Assembly (NCBI GenBank): GCA_050084985.1
Contig: JBITNC010000001.1
Coordinates: forward strand, 211,606,001 to 211,670,000
Origin: Nageia nagi
Lineage: Eukaryota; Plantae; Pinophyta
Direction: 5' to 3'
DNA length: 64,000 nucleotides
The position numbers were made by a program, and so were the translations under genes. Shown one piece after another: positions 27,299 through 39,963 of this stretch (position 1 is the stretch's first letter; each line of letters begins with the position of its first letter). Below the pieces are notes generated by a model. That model did no database searches. It was not told the DNA's origin and saw only the letters and a list, made by a program, of their open reading frames with translations.

Positions 27299-29559
27299 GT
27301 AAGGATTATTAACCATTTTATCTGAATGAAGTCATATGAACAGACTCCAGTAAAAGAAACATTAGGTTCATCTTTCTCTATTATGAATTTTTAACCTTGA
27401 CATTTAAGGTATGATCTTGTGCTAGGTTTAAAGGCCCTGTATAGTGATGATGTTTTGTGTGATGAATTTGATGATATTTTTTGCTTTTGTGGACTTCATG
27501 GGGATGGCCTCCATCCATTTGGTAAAGTATTCTGTAACTGTTGGGATGAACTTGTGACCTTCCTTAGAATATGGATTTATTACACTTATCAAATCAATTT
27601 AATTCTTGGGATGGAGTATGTCGAATATTTGCTTGCTTTTGGCATTATACACCATCTTGACATGTGCATTCTTGCTCCATTGTAGACCAATAGTATCCAC
27701 TCCTGAACAACTTTTGATATACCAATTTTGCATAGAAATGGCCACTACAAACCTCATCATACGTCTCTCCTTCCTTTACTAGCAATCCTAGAAAATGATT
27801 GAAAGTGAGAATTCTGCCATATTTATTGAACTAAAAGGCTGATAGAATGAACGAACTTCATCATCAACATCCTCTTCCTCACACTTTTTGTTTTTTAACC
27901 TAGACCATCTTTTGAATGAGAAATTGTCAAATCTGTCAGAAATTCTGTGTTACCTTGTTCATCCTTGCTGAACCTCTACCTTTATACCTGAACAATCTGT
28001 CCAAATAGCTATCCACAATCTCTGAATTGATCACCATTGCATTTTTCTGATTTTTCTTTGATATTGAGTGCCTTTTGGCACCCATTTAATATCGTTCTAC
28101 CCCCTGAAACTATTGGTCTATTGATTTCAAAAATGTGGTCAGTCTTGTTTTGGCGGATTTTTTGGCTTGTATAGTCTCGAATGGATTCCAAGATATCAAC
28201 CTTATTGATTGTCTACATGCTAGTTCCTGTTTTCGATGATTTTTATTTGTTTTTCTACTTTTTTCAATGCTGATTCGGTTATGTTAATGAGAGGATCTTG
28301 CATTTTTGTTTTCCCTTATCTTACACCTTAATTAGCTATACCTCATTATGTGGAACAATTTGTACGTGTATTCCTTGCACGTGCTCTACCCTTGACCTTG
28401 CCCTTGACATTTGTGGCCACCAAGACCCTTCACGGACCTCGCCCTAGGCATCTATGGCCCCCATGACACCTGCGACTCCACCCCTGACTCAGTTTATCTT
28501 CCCTTGTGACTCCGACATTTGAGAGTGATGGCGTAGCTCAATGTGACCTCCTACAGCTTTGTGAGCTTCCGGAACTCCGCAAGCATATGCAACTTTGTGA
28601 GCATTGTCTCCCTGGACACCGTTTGCATCCGTTGCTGCCAATGACCCTGCATCTTTACGAAGCTTGGGGAGATTGGCCATAGGACTTGCAGGTGTTCGCT
28701 CGTCGCAACATCGTGAGGCTTCGTCCACACATCTATTGTGTTGGGTGTGCAAAATTTCACCTAACGTGCATCTTTATCATCCATCTTTGTGATTTCTCTC
28801 TCTGCAACGTCTTCGACCTGTTCCTCCCATGATTCCTCTATGCTTTCTTTGTGATTCCTCTGCCTTGTCTGTTCGAGTTCCGTTTGTCTGTTATCATCAT
28901 ATTATATGCTATAGGATCCTTTGGAATTTCAACTCTTTTTGTAGTTATTGGATTTGCTATAGTTTTAGGTCTTCCTCTCTTGGTATGGCCACATACATCT
29001 TGGTTGATGACCACATTTATTGATTGATTTTTTGCACTCTAAACTGAAGTAGGGCATACATAATTTTTCTCCTTGATTTGGTGTATTTATTGGTTGTATG
29101 ACCTTTAGTTTGATGAAAACCACAATAATACTTTTCCTTGTGCGATTTTGTTTTTTCTGTGTTACTATTATCATGAGTTTTCTTTGGTTATGGTTGGAGT
29201 AATTGTTTTTTTACCAAATACTTCAAAATGAATCTAGGAGGTACGGGGAAAGAAATTCTGTCCTCTTTTTGTGTAGCTGATTTTGTTACTGTAGGCTATT
29301 TTTCTATTGCATTCACATTTTTTCCTCTTTCTTTGTTGGATATGAATTTCTGGTTTCTTTGTTTGAACTAGCATTTCTATATTTTACTATTCCTCCTCCA
29401 ATGAGAAACCTTTCCTTACTAAGCTATTTCTTGGTTATCATACCAAATGACTTGTCCATTAAATCACTTTCATAAGGTTTTAAAGGTTGTAGTAAAACTT
29501 CTACAAAAATCATGTTTATGTCTTCCTCGTTAGTTTTGAATTTATGGTTTATTATATCT

Positions 29560-29960
29560 TCATGAACCTTTGTATGAACTTATCCGATTTTTCATTTGAT
29601 CCTTGTTGAATTGTGTATAAATATGCTAAGGTTTCTTTTTTCGTTGATGTTATACCTTTAGTGCTTCACAAACTTCTTCACAATTTGTTGATAGCTATTT
29701 AGGGAGTGAGTAGGAAGTTTGTATAACCATTCATTTGTTTCTCCTTTCAATATTCCAGGGAAGAACTTGACCATTAGTTTTCTATCATATCATAGTTTAA
29801 TTCTACATTCTTCTTGAAAGTTGATAAGGTGTTATTTTGAATCACTATCCCCACTAAACATGTCAAACTTTGGATTTCTATAGTCGATGGGTAATGATAT
29901 GTTTAGGATCCCCCATGAGAGTGGACAAATAATTGAACCATCAAAATCATATGTTTAGGA
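29560..29960 (-). mobile_element. Degraded Gypsy (Athila/Tat-like) gag remnant
   Basis: The minus strand reads approximately LPIDYRNPKFDMFSGDSDSK*HLINFQEEC...KFFPGILKGETNEWLYKLP, a Retrotrans_gag-type pattern with stops. Confidence 0.55.
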
Positions 29961-30925
29961 ATCCAATGATATATTGGATTAAATTATCATTGTTTATTAA
30001 AAAAAAATTGATCTCAAAACTATGCAAACATTTTAGTTAAAATGCTAGTAATGGTGGGTGTGTAAGAAGGTAGCTGTTACATTCTACCAATTTTCACTAC
30101 CCTCGTGACTAGTATTCTAATTATAATTTACATTTTTTAAGGTTTTTTTTTTGAGTTTTTGCAAAAATCAAATCTTTGACAAAACAATTTCACATCTAAC
30201 TCACTAGAAATGTTGAACAAAGATGGAAAATCGAATACAAAGCATTATCCAAGCATAAACAACAAAGACAATTAAACCAAATTAGTCAAGCTAGAACCAA
30301 GTGCAACAATGAATGCATGAAAAATCTGTTGGTAGTAATGAATGAAAGAACATTATATGGTTATGCATTGGTATTAGTGTATCAATGTTGATCAATATTG
30401 GAGCGTTGAATAGTGCAACGAGAATAGTATATGCTAAATCTTCTATCGTGATCCATTTTTACCCCCTAGATTGTGGGTGAGGATGGAAGAAAGATCTGCA
30501 ATGCTTAATTGCTATTTGTCTAGTGAGAGAAAGAGAGGTTGTAGGGATTCTACTCACCTCCCATGGAGGACAATGTTGCACATATCTACTATCAATCAAC
30601 TATGTAGCAACAACATTGAGGATATGCTTGGAAACCATAAGAGAGAGGCAAAGAATGTGTATAATTGACTAGCCATCCTATAAAAGTTGAGGTTTATGAG
30701 AGATTACTTTTGAAAGAAACATAGCCAAAACACCTTACATTGGGATAGTGAAAAAAGGTGGTGTTGGGGGCTTTTTCTTTCCTACCCTTGCTGATTGGCA
30801 AATGATATCACAAGGCCTGTAGAAAGACTCCAACACCTAAGTGGTTGGCCGACCCACTCAGAAGTCCAATTCTAATTTGTGGTTGGCCGACCCAACCTAG
30901 AAATATATATAGCTCTTAATTGACA

Positions 30926-32071
30926 TGTGACGTCCCCCTTGTATAATTGTAATTAATTTTGGAATCCAACGGATTCCTCCTTTTTTATAGTTAATTATTT
31001 AATTGTGCTTATTTAGTTAGTACTTCGGATAGAATACTTAATGGGCCGTTGGACCCCACTATGAGCCCCAAGTGGGATGTCTCCCTTCCAAGTATAGTTT
31101 AGTGTGTTTTAATGTAATTGGAGATCCCAAAACATGATTGTGGGAATCCCAAGGTCTATTTAGCACTAGAGTATGGATGATCACTTAATGACCCCAACGT
31201 TGAGATTGGGAGCACTTGTACATATGCGCTAGCATTAGCCATGACACCCACACATGCCTTCTTGACCCACACATGCATCCCTAAGCCCATGCTAAGCTTG
31301 AGTACCTACGTGGAGCATGAAAAAGGCCCAAATACCCACGTTGGGCCTAGAACGACTCCTAGGTGCTATCGTTGGGGTTTGAGGGGACTTGGTGATGACT
31401 TTGAGGTGAGATCCAGGAAAGCTATATTAGCCCTTGGATATATAGATATTGATTATTACACATACCGTCCAGAGGATAGAAGTCTTGGTGCAACTTCAAG
31501 CAACATCCCTAGGTGCAGCATCTAGGAGGGTTAAAAGGTTGAGGGATCCTGTTTATCTACGACTTTAGTGTAGCACCTTAGTCCATCTTGTGTCATTCCG
31601 AGGCACACTTCTACCATTCAGTTGGTTGCTAGGGTTTGGAGAGAGCTCCTTCAGTGGAGAGGATTTTGATTTTCAGGGAGTGAGGCTGTCCCATTCAGTG
31701 TTCCGTCCGTCTAGCATTGAGGATATTTGTTGTGCCCTAGTTGGCTCCTTGGAGGCCAACGTTGAGTCTTGTGAGCCTGGTATTGTATCTTTGTTTATTC
31801 TGCATCATCAATACAAGCGGTCGACTATTGAATCTCATTGTTGTGTTGTGTATACTTGTGTATTGGCATCGTTGGATTATTATTGCATGTATATGATTGT
31901 ATGAGCCATACGTTGGCATTGTGAGGTGTTGCATACTTGTATCTGCTAGTCTTGGCCAGACATTGGCATATTGCATTGTTTGAGCTTCATTTGGATGCCC
32001 TAGGTCAGATGTTGGAGTATACTTGTGTGTTTTTGATTATTTGCACTTGAGATTGTTTTCGAATTCTTACA
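30926..32071 (+). mobile_element. Solo LTR (family A) with TSD TGACA
   Basis: TGTGACGTCCCCC...ttcttaca flanked by TGACA at 30921-30925 and 32072-32076. Confidence 0.92.
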
Positions 32072-32806
32072 TGACAAATGACTCCTCCTAAGCTAGACGT
32101 TGGGCAATTAAGGAATAATGTACTTCCTTATTACAAAACATGGTCCATTTTTATTATAAAATAACCAAGACTCCTAATCTAAATATAATTCATTCCTAAT
32201 ACTGCTCATAGGGCTAGACCATTAATTATAACTATCACAAAGGACACTAAATACAATATTTAATAAACCAGGTTCCATGCGCGCGATAGTAGAAATTGGT
32301 TCCAGGGGCAAATCTTCAAACATCCATATCTTACTTGTTTCGTGATGGAAGCATGTCATGTGACCTGTCAAAACGATTGGCATGAGATTCTCTATCCATT
32401 CTAGAAGAAAAATCAGCGATCCATGGATTGTGATGAATGTTATGTTTTCAACAAGGTTTCTTGAAATTGGGGACATTATAAAGAAGTTTGTACATTCTTT
32501 TGTTTTATGGAAGTTTTCAGTTTCTTATATTTGGTATTTAAAAAAGACCATTCAAAATCATGCTTTAAATAAAGAAAGGAATTTAATTAATGTCAATAGG
32601 TGACCAAAGTAGTTCAATCAGACTCAAAAAGAAGATGCTGTAGTGCAAAAATTGTAGAAGCCCAAACATGGTGTAAACCAAAATCGAGAAAGGGAGAACA
32701 AAACTGAATTGGAAAAATATGCAAGATATGTTTTGGGTAACATCTGATTTTTTTGGCAATGTTTTTTTTTCATTCCCATTGTTAGATTTTGTAGAGGCTT
32801 AAATTA

Positions 32807-33570
32807 TGTAAAATCCCAATTTATCCTCAATGCAAATATTAGCTAAATAAATATCAAATAATTTCAAATTGCAATCCTAGGCACGCCACAAACTGTTTAG
32901 GGCATCAATTATGAATAATTATATGCTAGAAAATTCAACGATGCACTCCTTTAGCCAAATACCACTACTACAAGCCAACGTCACACTTGGGAACTCATAT
33001 ATCAAGCAAAATACACCATTAATGATCTAGGAATTATGACGTCACACCAAGAGGAGTAAAATAGCACCAAACACATCAAAACATGAGACAACAAATGGAA
33101 ATCCAATGTGTCACGACTCAATTATTGACAGAATGGTGAATGCAATACAAACCAGGCCCAAAGGGGTCAACGTTGGCCTCCAAGGAGCCAACTAGGGCAC
33201 ACTGATGTGCAAATACTAATGCAGATACACTGTAGAACAACCACACTCTACTAGACTTGTGGATGCCACATTGAAGGGCTTCCTCACAAGCTAGCTCCCG
33301 ATGAAGAGATCAAATGTAGTTCCAGAATACCACTGGATGGATTCAAAGGTGTAGACTGCTATGGATGCCTTAGGGTAGGGCAACCTCACAATATGAACAT
33401 TCACCTCAACCGCTAGTCAGAAGGTGTTCCAAGCCTTTTGGACTCTCCTTGGTCTACATGCCCAAGGGTGCTTGACACCGCCAAGACTTGAGAACCTCTA
33501 AAGAGTAAGGGGTTTAATTATCAAAATCAGTATATCTCTGCAATGAGGCTCCAACACCTTATATAACGCC
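32807..33570 (-). mobile_element. Family-A LTR, partial (U3 lost)
   Basis: Starts tgtaaaatccc; similar to the reverse complement of 13280-14085 and to 47400-47945. Confidence 0.8.
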
Positions 33571-33807
33571 TTATGTAATTATTTTTAAGAACTCTTGCTA
33601 TTCAATTTTGATTTTTAAAATCTCTGTTCAGGATTTCATACAGCTTATATTATGAAATTTTATCTTGTGTGGGTGTACAGAAGAGACGTTAAATTCTCAG
33701 TTGCAATTTGGAAAATACAACCGGGTGTAACACATATATGGTTTCTAATTGGTTTTCTTAATGGCAATTCTGAAACTTGTATCTTATGGCTGTGCAAGGT
33801 TTTGCAG

Positions 33808-34052
33808 TGAGCTCTACTTCCATAACTAATGCTGAGGCTAATCGGTGGCAAGAGTGGCTGTCATTTGCGGACCTATTTTTCTTCCTCATGAAGAATGGTT
33901 TCATTGACTTCCTTGACTTTGTAGATAAGCTTGCTTCGAGATTCTCCAGTTCTGAACAACAGATTGTTCGAACCAATCATGTAACATGGTTATTGGCTCA
34001 AGTTTTCCGCATTGAAATTGTAACAAATGCACTTAACACGGATCCAAAGAAG
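33808..34052 (+). CDS. MED23: MED23 exon 6
   Basis: EANRWQEWLSFADLFFFLMKNGFIDFLDFVDKL...RTNHVTWLLAQ...NTDPKK. Acceptor ttttgcag at 33807 (alternative in-phase AG at 33798); donor at 34053. Confidence 0.9.
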
Positions 34053-35577
34053 GTTTGTCTCATTTCAACAAATTGATTTTGTAATGCTTTATCACTAGCA
34101 ATATTCAATATGCATAGAAATGCATGCATGCTTTTACTAGGTAAAAATGTGTAGCATTTTTTCAGTTATATTCTAGTTAATAGATATTGATAGCATATGC
34201 AATGTGGGTTAGTGTTTAGATGCTCTAGCTTTCTTTATCTGGTTAATGAGCAAACTTGAATTCTATAAGATTGGAGGTTATGGTTTTTTATTGAGATTTT
34301 ATTTTATAATCGCACTAGAAAGTGCATGCCTAAAAGTTTAAGTTCTATGGGAAGGTGGATATCTTAAGACCCTGGTGTTTGGCTTAAGTCTTCCCTTTGT
34401 AACCTTCTCAACTTTGTTTTACATTAACCTTACAGCTTTAAAGTTTTAGACAATGAAAAATGGCTCAAACTGCACAAAGGGGCCTGTTGAAGATGATTTT
34501 TGCTCTCAAGAGGAACATTATTTCTTTCCATCCTACTCAAGGAATCGTATGGGGACCAAGGACTGCATACTCTAATTTGCTACAGATATCCATGCTGCGG
34601 GAAGACAAAATCGAAATTTTGTTAGGAATCCATTAAAGGAGTTGAAACATCTTAATAATATCCTTGATATCCTTCCTGCATTTTGACAAGTTGTTTTTGT
34701 TCAGCAAGTTTTTTTGTTTAACTATATGGGTTTCTATATTTTGCCTGCTGAAGACATTCAAGCATTACCTTAGAAACGTGATGAATTTATAAGACTGCTT
34801 GTACACTTGTACCTACATATCAGCTAGGTGTTGAACCTAGGACAACCTGATTACTGGCAGAAGCACTCTTTCACTAAGCTATTCACCACTTTGCTTGAGT
34901 AGCATTCTTGGAGTGTGGATTCACCTTCCAACACCCTTAAGAAAGACATTGGCATGAACACCCCTAGCTTGGCTTTGATTTCATGTTAGAACCCATGGAC
35001 CATCTGGGACTCAGAGCTTGGAACTTCTTATCACCAGAATAAATGCTATGCAGTTGAGCTAATTGCCCTTTGATTTGAGTATTGTTTCTCAGAGTGTGGG
35101 TTGGACTTCAACCTAGTTCATTCTCATTTGAAGAAGCACACAGCCTAAAGCACTAAGGGCAGAGTCCAATCTGTTGTGAAGGTTGACTTTGTTGTACCAT
35201 TGCATCTTTCTACTAGGTGGTTGTCTCACAATATTCACATTTTGTTTTTGTTTAATACCATGATAGTTGATCATATCTTACATAAAAATTTGTTGAGTCT
35301 ATTTTTTTACGTAATAGTAGGTGATTAATTACTGAAAAGTGTATTTGCTGGTGCATTGAATATATGAACATAAAGATAAGCATCATCACTTAAAGTGATG
35401 GATGGTTTATTGACACTTCATAGATAGCAGCACTTTGAATGCTTGTGACGAGTAACACACTTATATATTAGACAACTTCTTTATCAGCTATAGGTTTGAA
35501 ATATTGCAATGCAGAATTTTTTTGACTTAAATGTGTACTTTCATCTATTGTCTATCACACTTTTCTCTTTGGTTTAG

Positions 35578-35794
35578 ATGGAAACAACTCGAAAAATTCT
35601 TTCATTTCATAAAGAAGAGAGGCCATCAGAACAAAGTCCAAACAGTTCGCCACAGAGCACACTTCTCGAATTTATTAGCAGCAGTCAAACTTTACGGGTT
35701 TGGTCGATAAATCCTTCTATTAGAGAAAACTTAAATCCAGAACAGCTTCAAAAGGGTAGACAGATTGATGAATGGTGGAAACAGGTTACCAAAG
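35578..35794 (+). CDS. MED23: MED23 exon 7
   Basis: METTRKILSFHKEE...EQLQKGRQIDEWWKQVTK; acceptor tttag at 35577; donor GTATGC at 35795. Confidence 0.92.
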
Positions 35795-37772
35795 GTATGC
35801 AGGCTTTACTCCCTTGAAAAATTTTAGTTTTCATTTTATATCCTTTAAGTAAAAACTATGAAAGTGCTATAGGTGCTATTTACATGTTTAAATGATCATT
35901 ACTTATGTTAGATCTTTGGGAGTTGAGCATTCATGGTTCCATTGCAAAGCAGGTTGGAATGATTTTAACTGTGGTAATTTTTGCACATGGTAGATGGAAG
36001 GCAGATTTTTGTCACCTGGGGAGGATTCAACCTAAAACACCTCCCATATGTTATCTAAATAGTGAATCTTGTTTGTGGGTTGATTAGACATTATTGATTA
36101 TACTGTGTTTCACACTATTTACGGTGATGTACTTATGAATTGGTGGTGATAATGGTTGTTTGATGATGTTATGGTAGACAGTGTTTATTGGTATATGCCA
36201 TATTAGATTAGCTTTGCATTTTGATGAAGATTTTCTCTTTATTATAAATGAATGTTAGTTTTTGGGGTGATTCTTTGGTGTGCATTTGAATTCTTATAAT
36301 ATCTTCACTATAACACTTATGAATAATTTGTTGGTATACCATAAACGATGATAATTTGTATGAAACCTATAGGAATTTTTAAGAATTGAAATAACCAATG
36401 ATTTATCTCACACATCCTTAAAATGCAAATTGAAGCTAAAGAATGCTCTATATATGTCCCATGACAAATCACATGTCGAAAGTACGAGCCAAACACCTTT
36501 GTTTAGGATACTAAAACATAGTCACAAAGAACCCTCATGAGTCTTTGAATAAACAATAGTATCTCTTTATGATTTTACAAAACGTGAGGCAACGAAAGTT
36601 GAGTTGTTATTCATTCTCCGCCTCTTGAAGGAAGCATAGGTGACAAGTATTTTCAGACTTGGGAATGTTGTGATTTGTCTCCACAAGGTAGGTGGTAGAA
36701 GCAAACATTGTGACCAAGGATTATCATGTTATGAAACAAACTTTCGATAGATTTCTCATGAAGTAGCTGGTTGCATAGCATAGACACTTAAAATTGCATT
36801 TTAACCATCTAAAATGACTTTATCTTGGTGATTTATTCCATGTTAACTACAACAAAACCTTTAATTTCGCACTATCTTATGTGCACAGTGGAATAGGTGG
36901 GTACACTTTGACAAATTCAAAATTAGAATTCTTGAGTCTATATAAAGCAAAATGAAAACATTTATTTGGATATATAAGGAACATCTTAGAATAACTTGCG
37001 ATTTCATATTAAAGGTCGTACATACTTTTCTATTTTTAAAAAGCCTTAACCTTATGCCTTCGTGCCCCTGTGCCCTTGTGTTTGTCTCCTTTGTGTGTCT
37101 GCAGGCTCTCCATGAGCATTGCTCGTGCACCGTTGCCTATGGTCCAACACCTACACAACTCCTCACTTGCACAACACACTTTGCCTGCATTTGTTCCCAT
37201 GCCCATCTACGACATTGATGGTAGACTCCTTCAACGTTAGGCAAGAGTTGGAGTTCAACATCGGCAAAGCTAATATTTTGGCCTTAATGCCTCCAACATT
37301 ATGACCATCCAAACTCTTCTCATTTAGTAGGATAGAGTTATTGAGACCTCCACCTCCTACACCTACTTGTGGGTGCTCTTCTTCGGGTTGAGAATCTTGA
37401 TGACGTTTGCAGTCTTGACTAGGATTCGCAAGGGGTAAGCGGTAGCGTCCACTCATGAGCGATAGTTTGTCCAACTTCACTTCAAAGATGTACAATTCAA
37501 ACTCTAGTTATTCCATACCTTGCTATGTCAAGAGTCCCATGTTCCACTCCCACCAAAGACATACAACTATACTCCATCTACAGTCCCATAGACCGTTGTT
37601 GGTCTCCTATGGACATTAATAAAATTTCTTTCTTTCTTTCTATGGTGTTGAGGTGTTGGGTTCCAACCTACTAAACTCTAATTGGTCTAGAATGAAGAGG
37701 ATTATGATCAACATGTTTTTCTTCTCCATTTGAAGTAAGAGTACTGCCCCCCACCACATCATGCTTACAAAG

Positions 37773-38647
37773 TGTAAGGATCCAAACACACCCTCAAGCG
37801 CAAATTAGCTAATTCAATTCTACAAACCTTGACGTTAGGCCTAGGGCATCAATTACAAGCATAAACAACACAACATTGCCAACGTCTGAGCTAGGGCATC
37901 CACTACAAACTCACACAATGCAAATATGCCAACGTCTGGCCTAGACAAGAAGATATCAATGTTTACACTCTCACAATGCCAATGTTTGGCTCATACATGC
38001 ATAAATGGACACACACACCACAATGTTGCAATAATGGACACAAGAAGAACACAATATGAGATCTGAAAGCCCAACAATTGTATACAAGATGTACAATGCT
38101 AAAAAATACAATACCAAGCCCAATAGGGCTGACATTAGCCTTCAAGGAGCCAACTAAGGTACGACTGAATGTCTCTCACTGCTGGACAGATGATAAAACC
38201 ATGGGACAATATTGCTTCCTTGAAACCTGAATCCTCTCCATCGAAGGAGCCCTCCTCTGATCTCGGCAACCATTGAAGGTAGAAGCGCAACTTCAGAATA
38301 CCACCGGATTGGCGAGGGTGCTACACCAATGCCGTAGACTAACAAGATCCCTCAACCTGATAGCCCTCCTAGATGCTACACCTAGGGGATTGCTTAGCTA
38401 AGACTTTTGTCCAGAGGACAATATCAAGAGATAATAGTATAATCAGGTATATCCAACAATGAGGCTGCAATGTCTTTTTATACACTTAATTTTGTCCAGA
38501 TATCACCTAGGAGTCATCACCTGGCTACTTAATCCCAATGTTAGCCTTCTGGGGACCCAAAATGCCCAACGTGGGTGCCTAGGGGTTAGGCATGCCAATG
38601 TGGGAGCCTAAGGTGCATTAAGTGCCAACGTGGGGGTCCAGGAATGC
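37773..38647 (-). mobile_element. Family-A LTR, truncated
   Basis: Starts tgtaaggatcc and shares family-A blocks; cut at about 38648 by family-B sequence. Confidence 0.8.
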
Positions 38648-39963
38648 CCACCATTGCATCTGACTTCCCACGGTCTTTCCACCATTTTTCTTTGTTTATT
38701 TTACTTTTATTTTACACTTTTTTTTTTTGTGGTTTGCGCACCCCAATTTCCCTTTTTAGCATTTTCAAAAACAACCTCGTTGAAGCCCGAAGCTCGAACA
38801 ACCCAAATTTCTAGAGGGGAAACAGACCATGGAATATTGGCCCTAACAATGACACAGGCAGCACACCCAACCTATTGGCAAAGGATAAGAATCAGGCCCA
38901 AGCTAATTTCTTGGATTTGGTAGTAGTTCCATTGCCCACCTAGTGTAGAGTCCACAACACTCTGCATTATGAGGCAACATGCCTTGAGTTCATGGCAGCA
39001 ATCAACATTATCCAGCAGGAAGCACAAAATAACTATGAATTTTGTGCGAATGATGAGCCAAGCACTTCAACAACTCAAGATAAGACGCTGATGTTCGAAG
39101 TCTACCAATTGAGAAATGATGAAGAGTTGGATGATGAGCCACCCGAGCCTGAGTATGCCGCCTTAGAGCCCATATACTTTGCAGTAGAAAATTCTAGAAG
39201 ATTTGGGTACACCTTTCGGAGGAGAGAACCATTGACAGAACAGAATCCTCCAAACAATTTGCAAGTGCCATCGGATCTAGTCTCATCCAACAACCCACCT
39301 CGGCCTGGTCCAATCCCTAATGTGAGAAATGTGCAACCCCAACCAGAGAAGGTGATTCCTAGGCCGGAGAGAGTACCTATGCAACAAGACAAAGATGTGG
39401 GGAAAGGCAAGAGAACAATTCCTCTCAATGATGAACATCAAGGTCTCTCTTACGACATCATTGAGGCGTTGAACACCAAAGCTAATATCAGTTACCATGA
39501 GGCCTTGGAGATTGACCACGTGTGTGAATAGCTCCTGAAACACCTCAATGGGATAAATGTACGCAAGCTAAAGCAAAGCATATCAAACTTCGTGCCAGTT
39601 ATCCTTGTGAATGCATGTGAGGAGCCAACCTTGGCATAGATACAAATGGCTCTCGACAAAGCCCAAACATACGTAAGTAGCAAATCCATACTGCCGTTCA
39701 TAGTCACTATGAGAGTGGCCAGTAAGAACCTACACAACTGTATGATGGACTTAGGCGCAGGGGCCAACATCATGCTTATAGAAATTTGTTAGGCCCCGAA
39801 CTTGCCAAGAGCCTGTAAGGGATCACCCAGCTGGATGAGACGTCAGTGAAGGTTGTGGGTATGATACACAACCTAAGAATAGAGATTGCCTCAGAACCTT
39901 GAATTATCAGGGAAATTGACATCTAGGTTGTGAAAATCCCACCAAAGTACGATTTATTACTCA
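38648..39963 (+). mobile_element. Gypsy (Athila/Tat-like) fragment: LTR piece plus gag C-terminus and aspartic protease remnant
   Basis: 38648-38775 duplicates about 45641-45768. Zinc-knuckle-like CRVHNTLHYEATC; protease motif LHNCMMDLGAGANIM at about 39730-39775. Confidence 0.7.
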
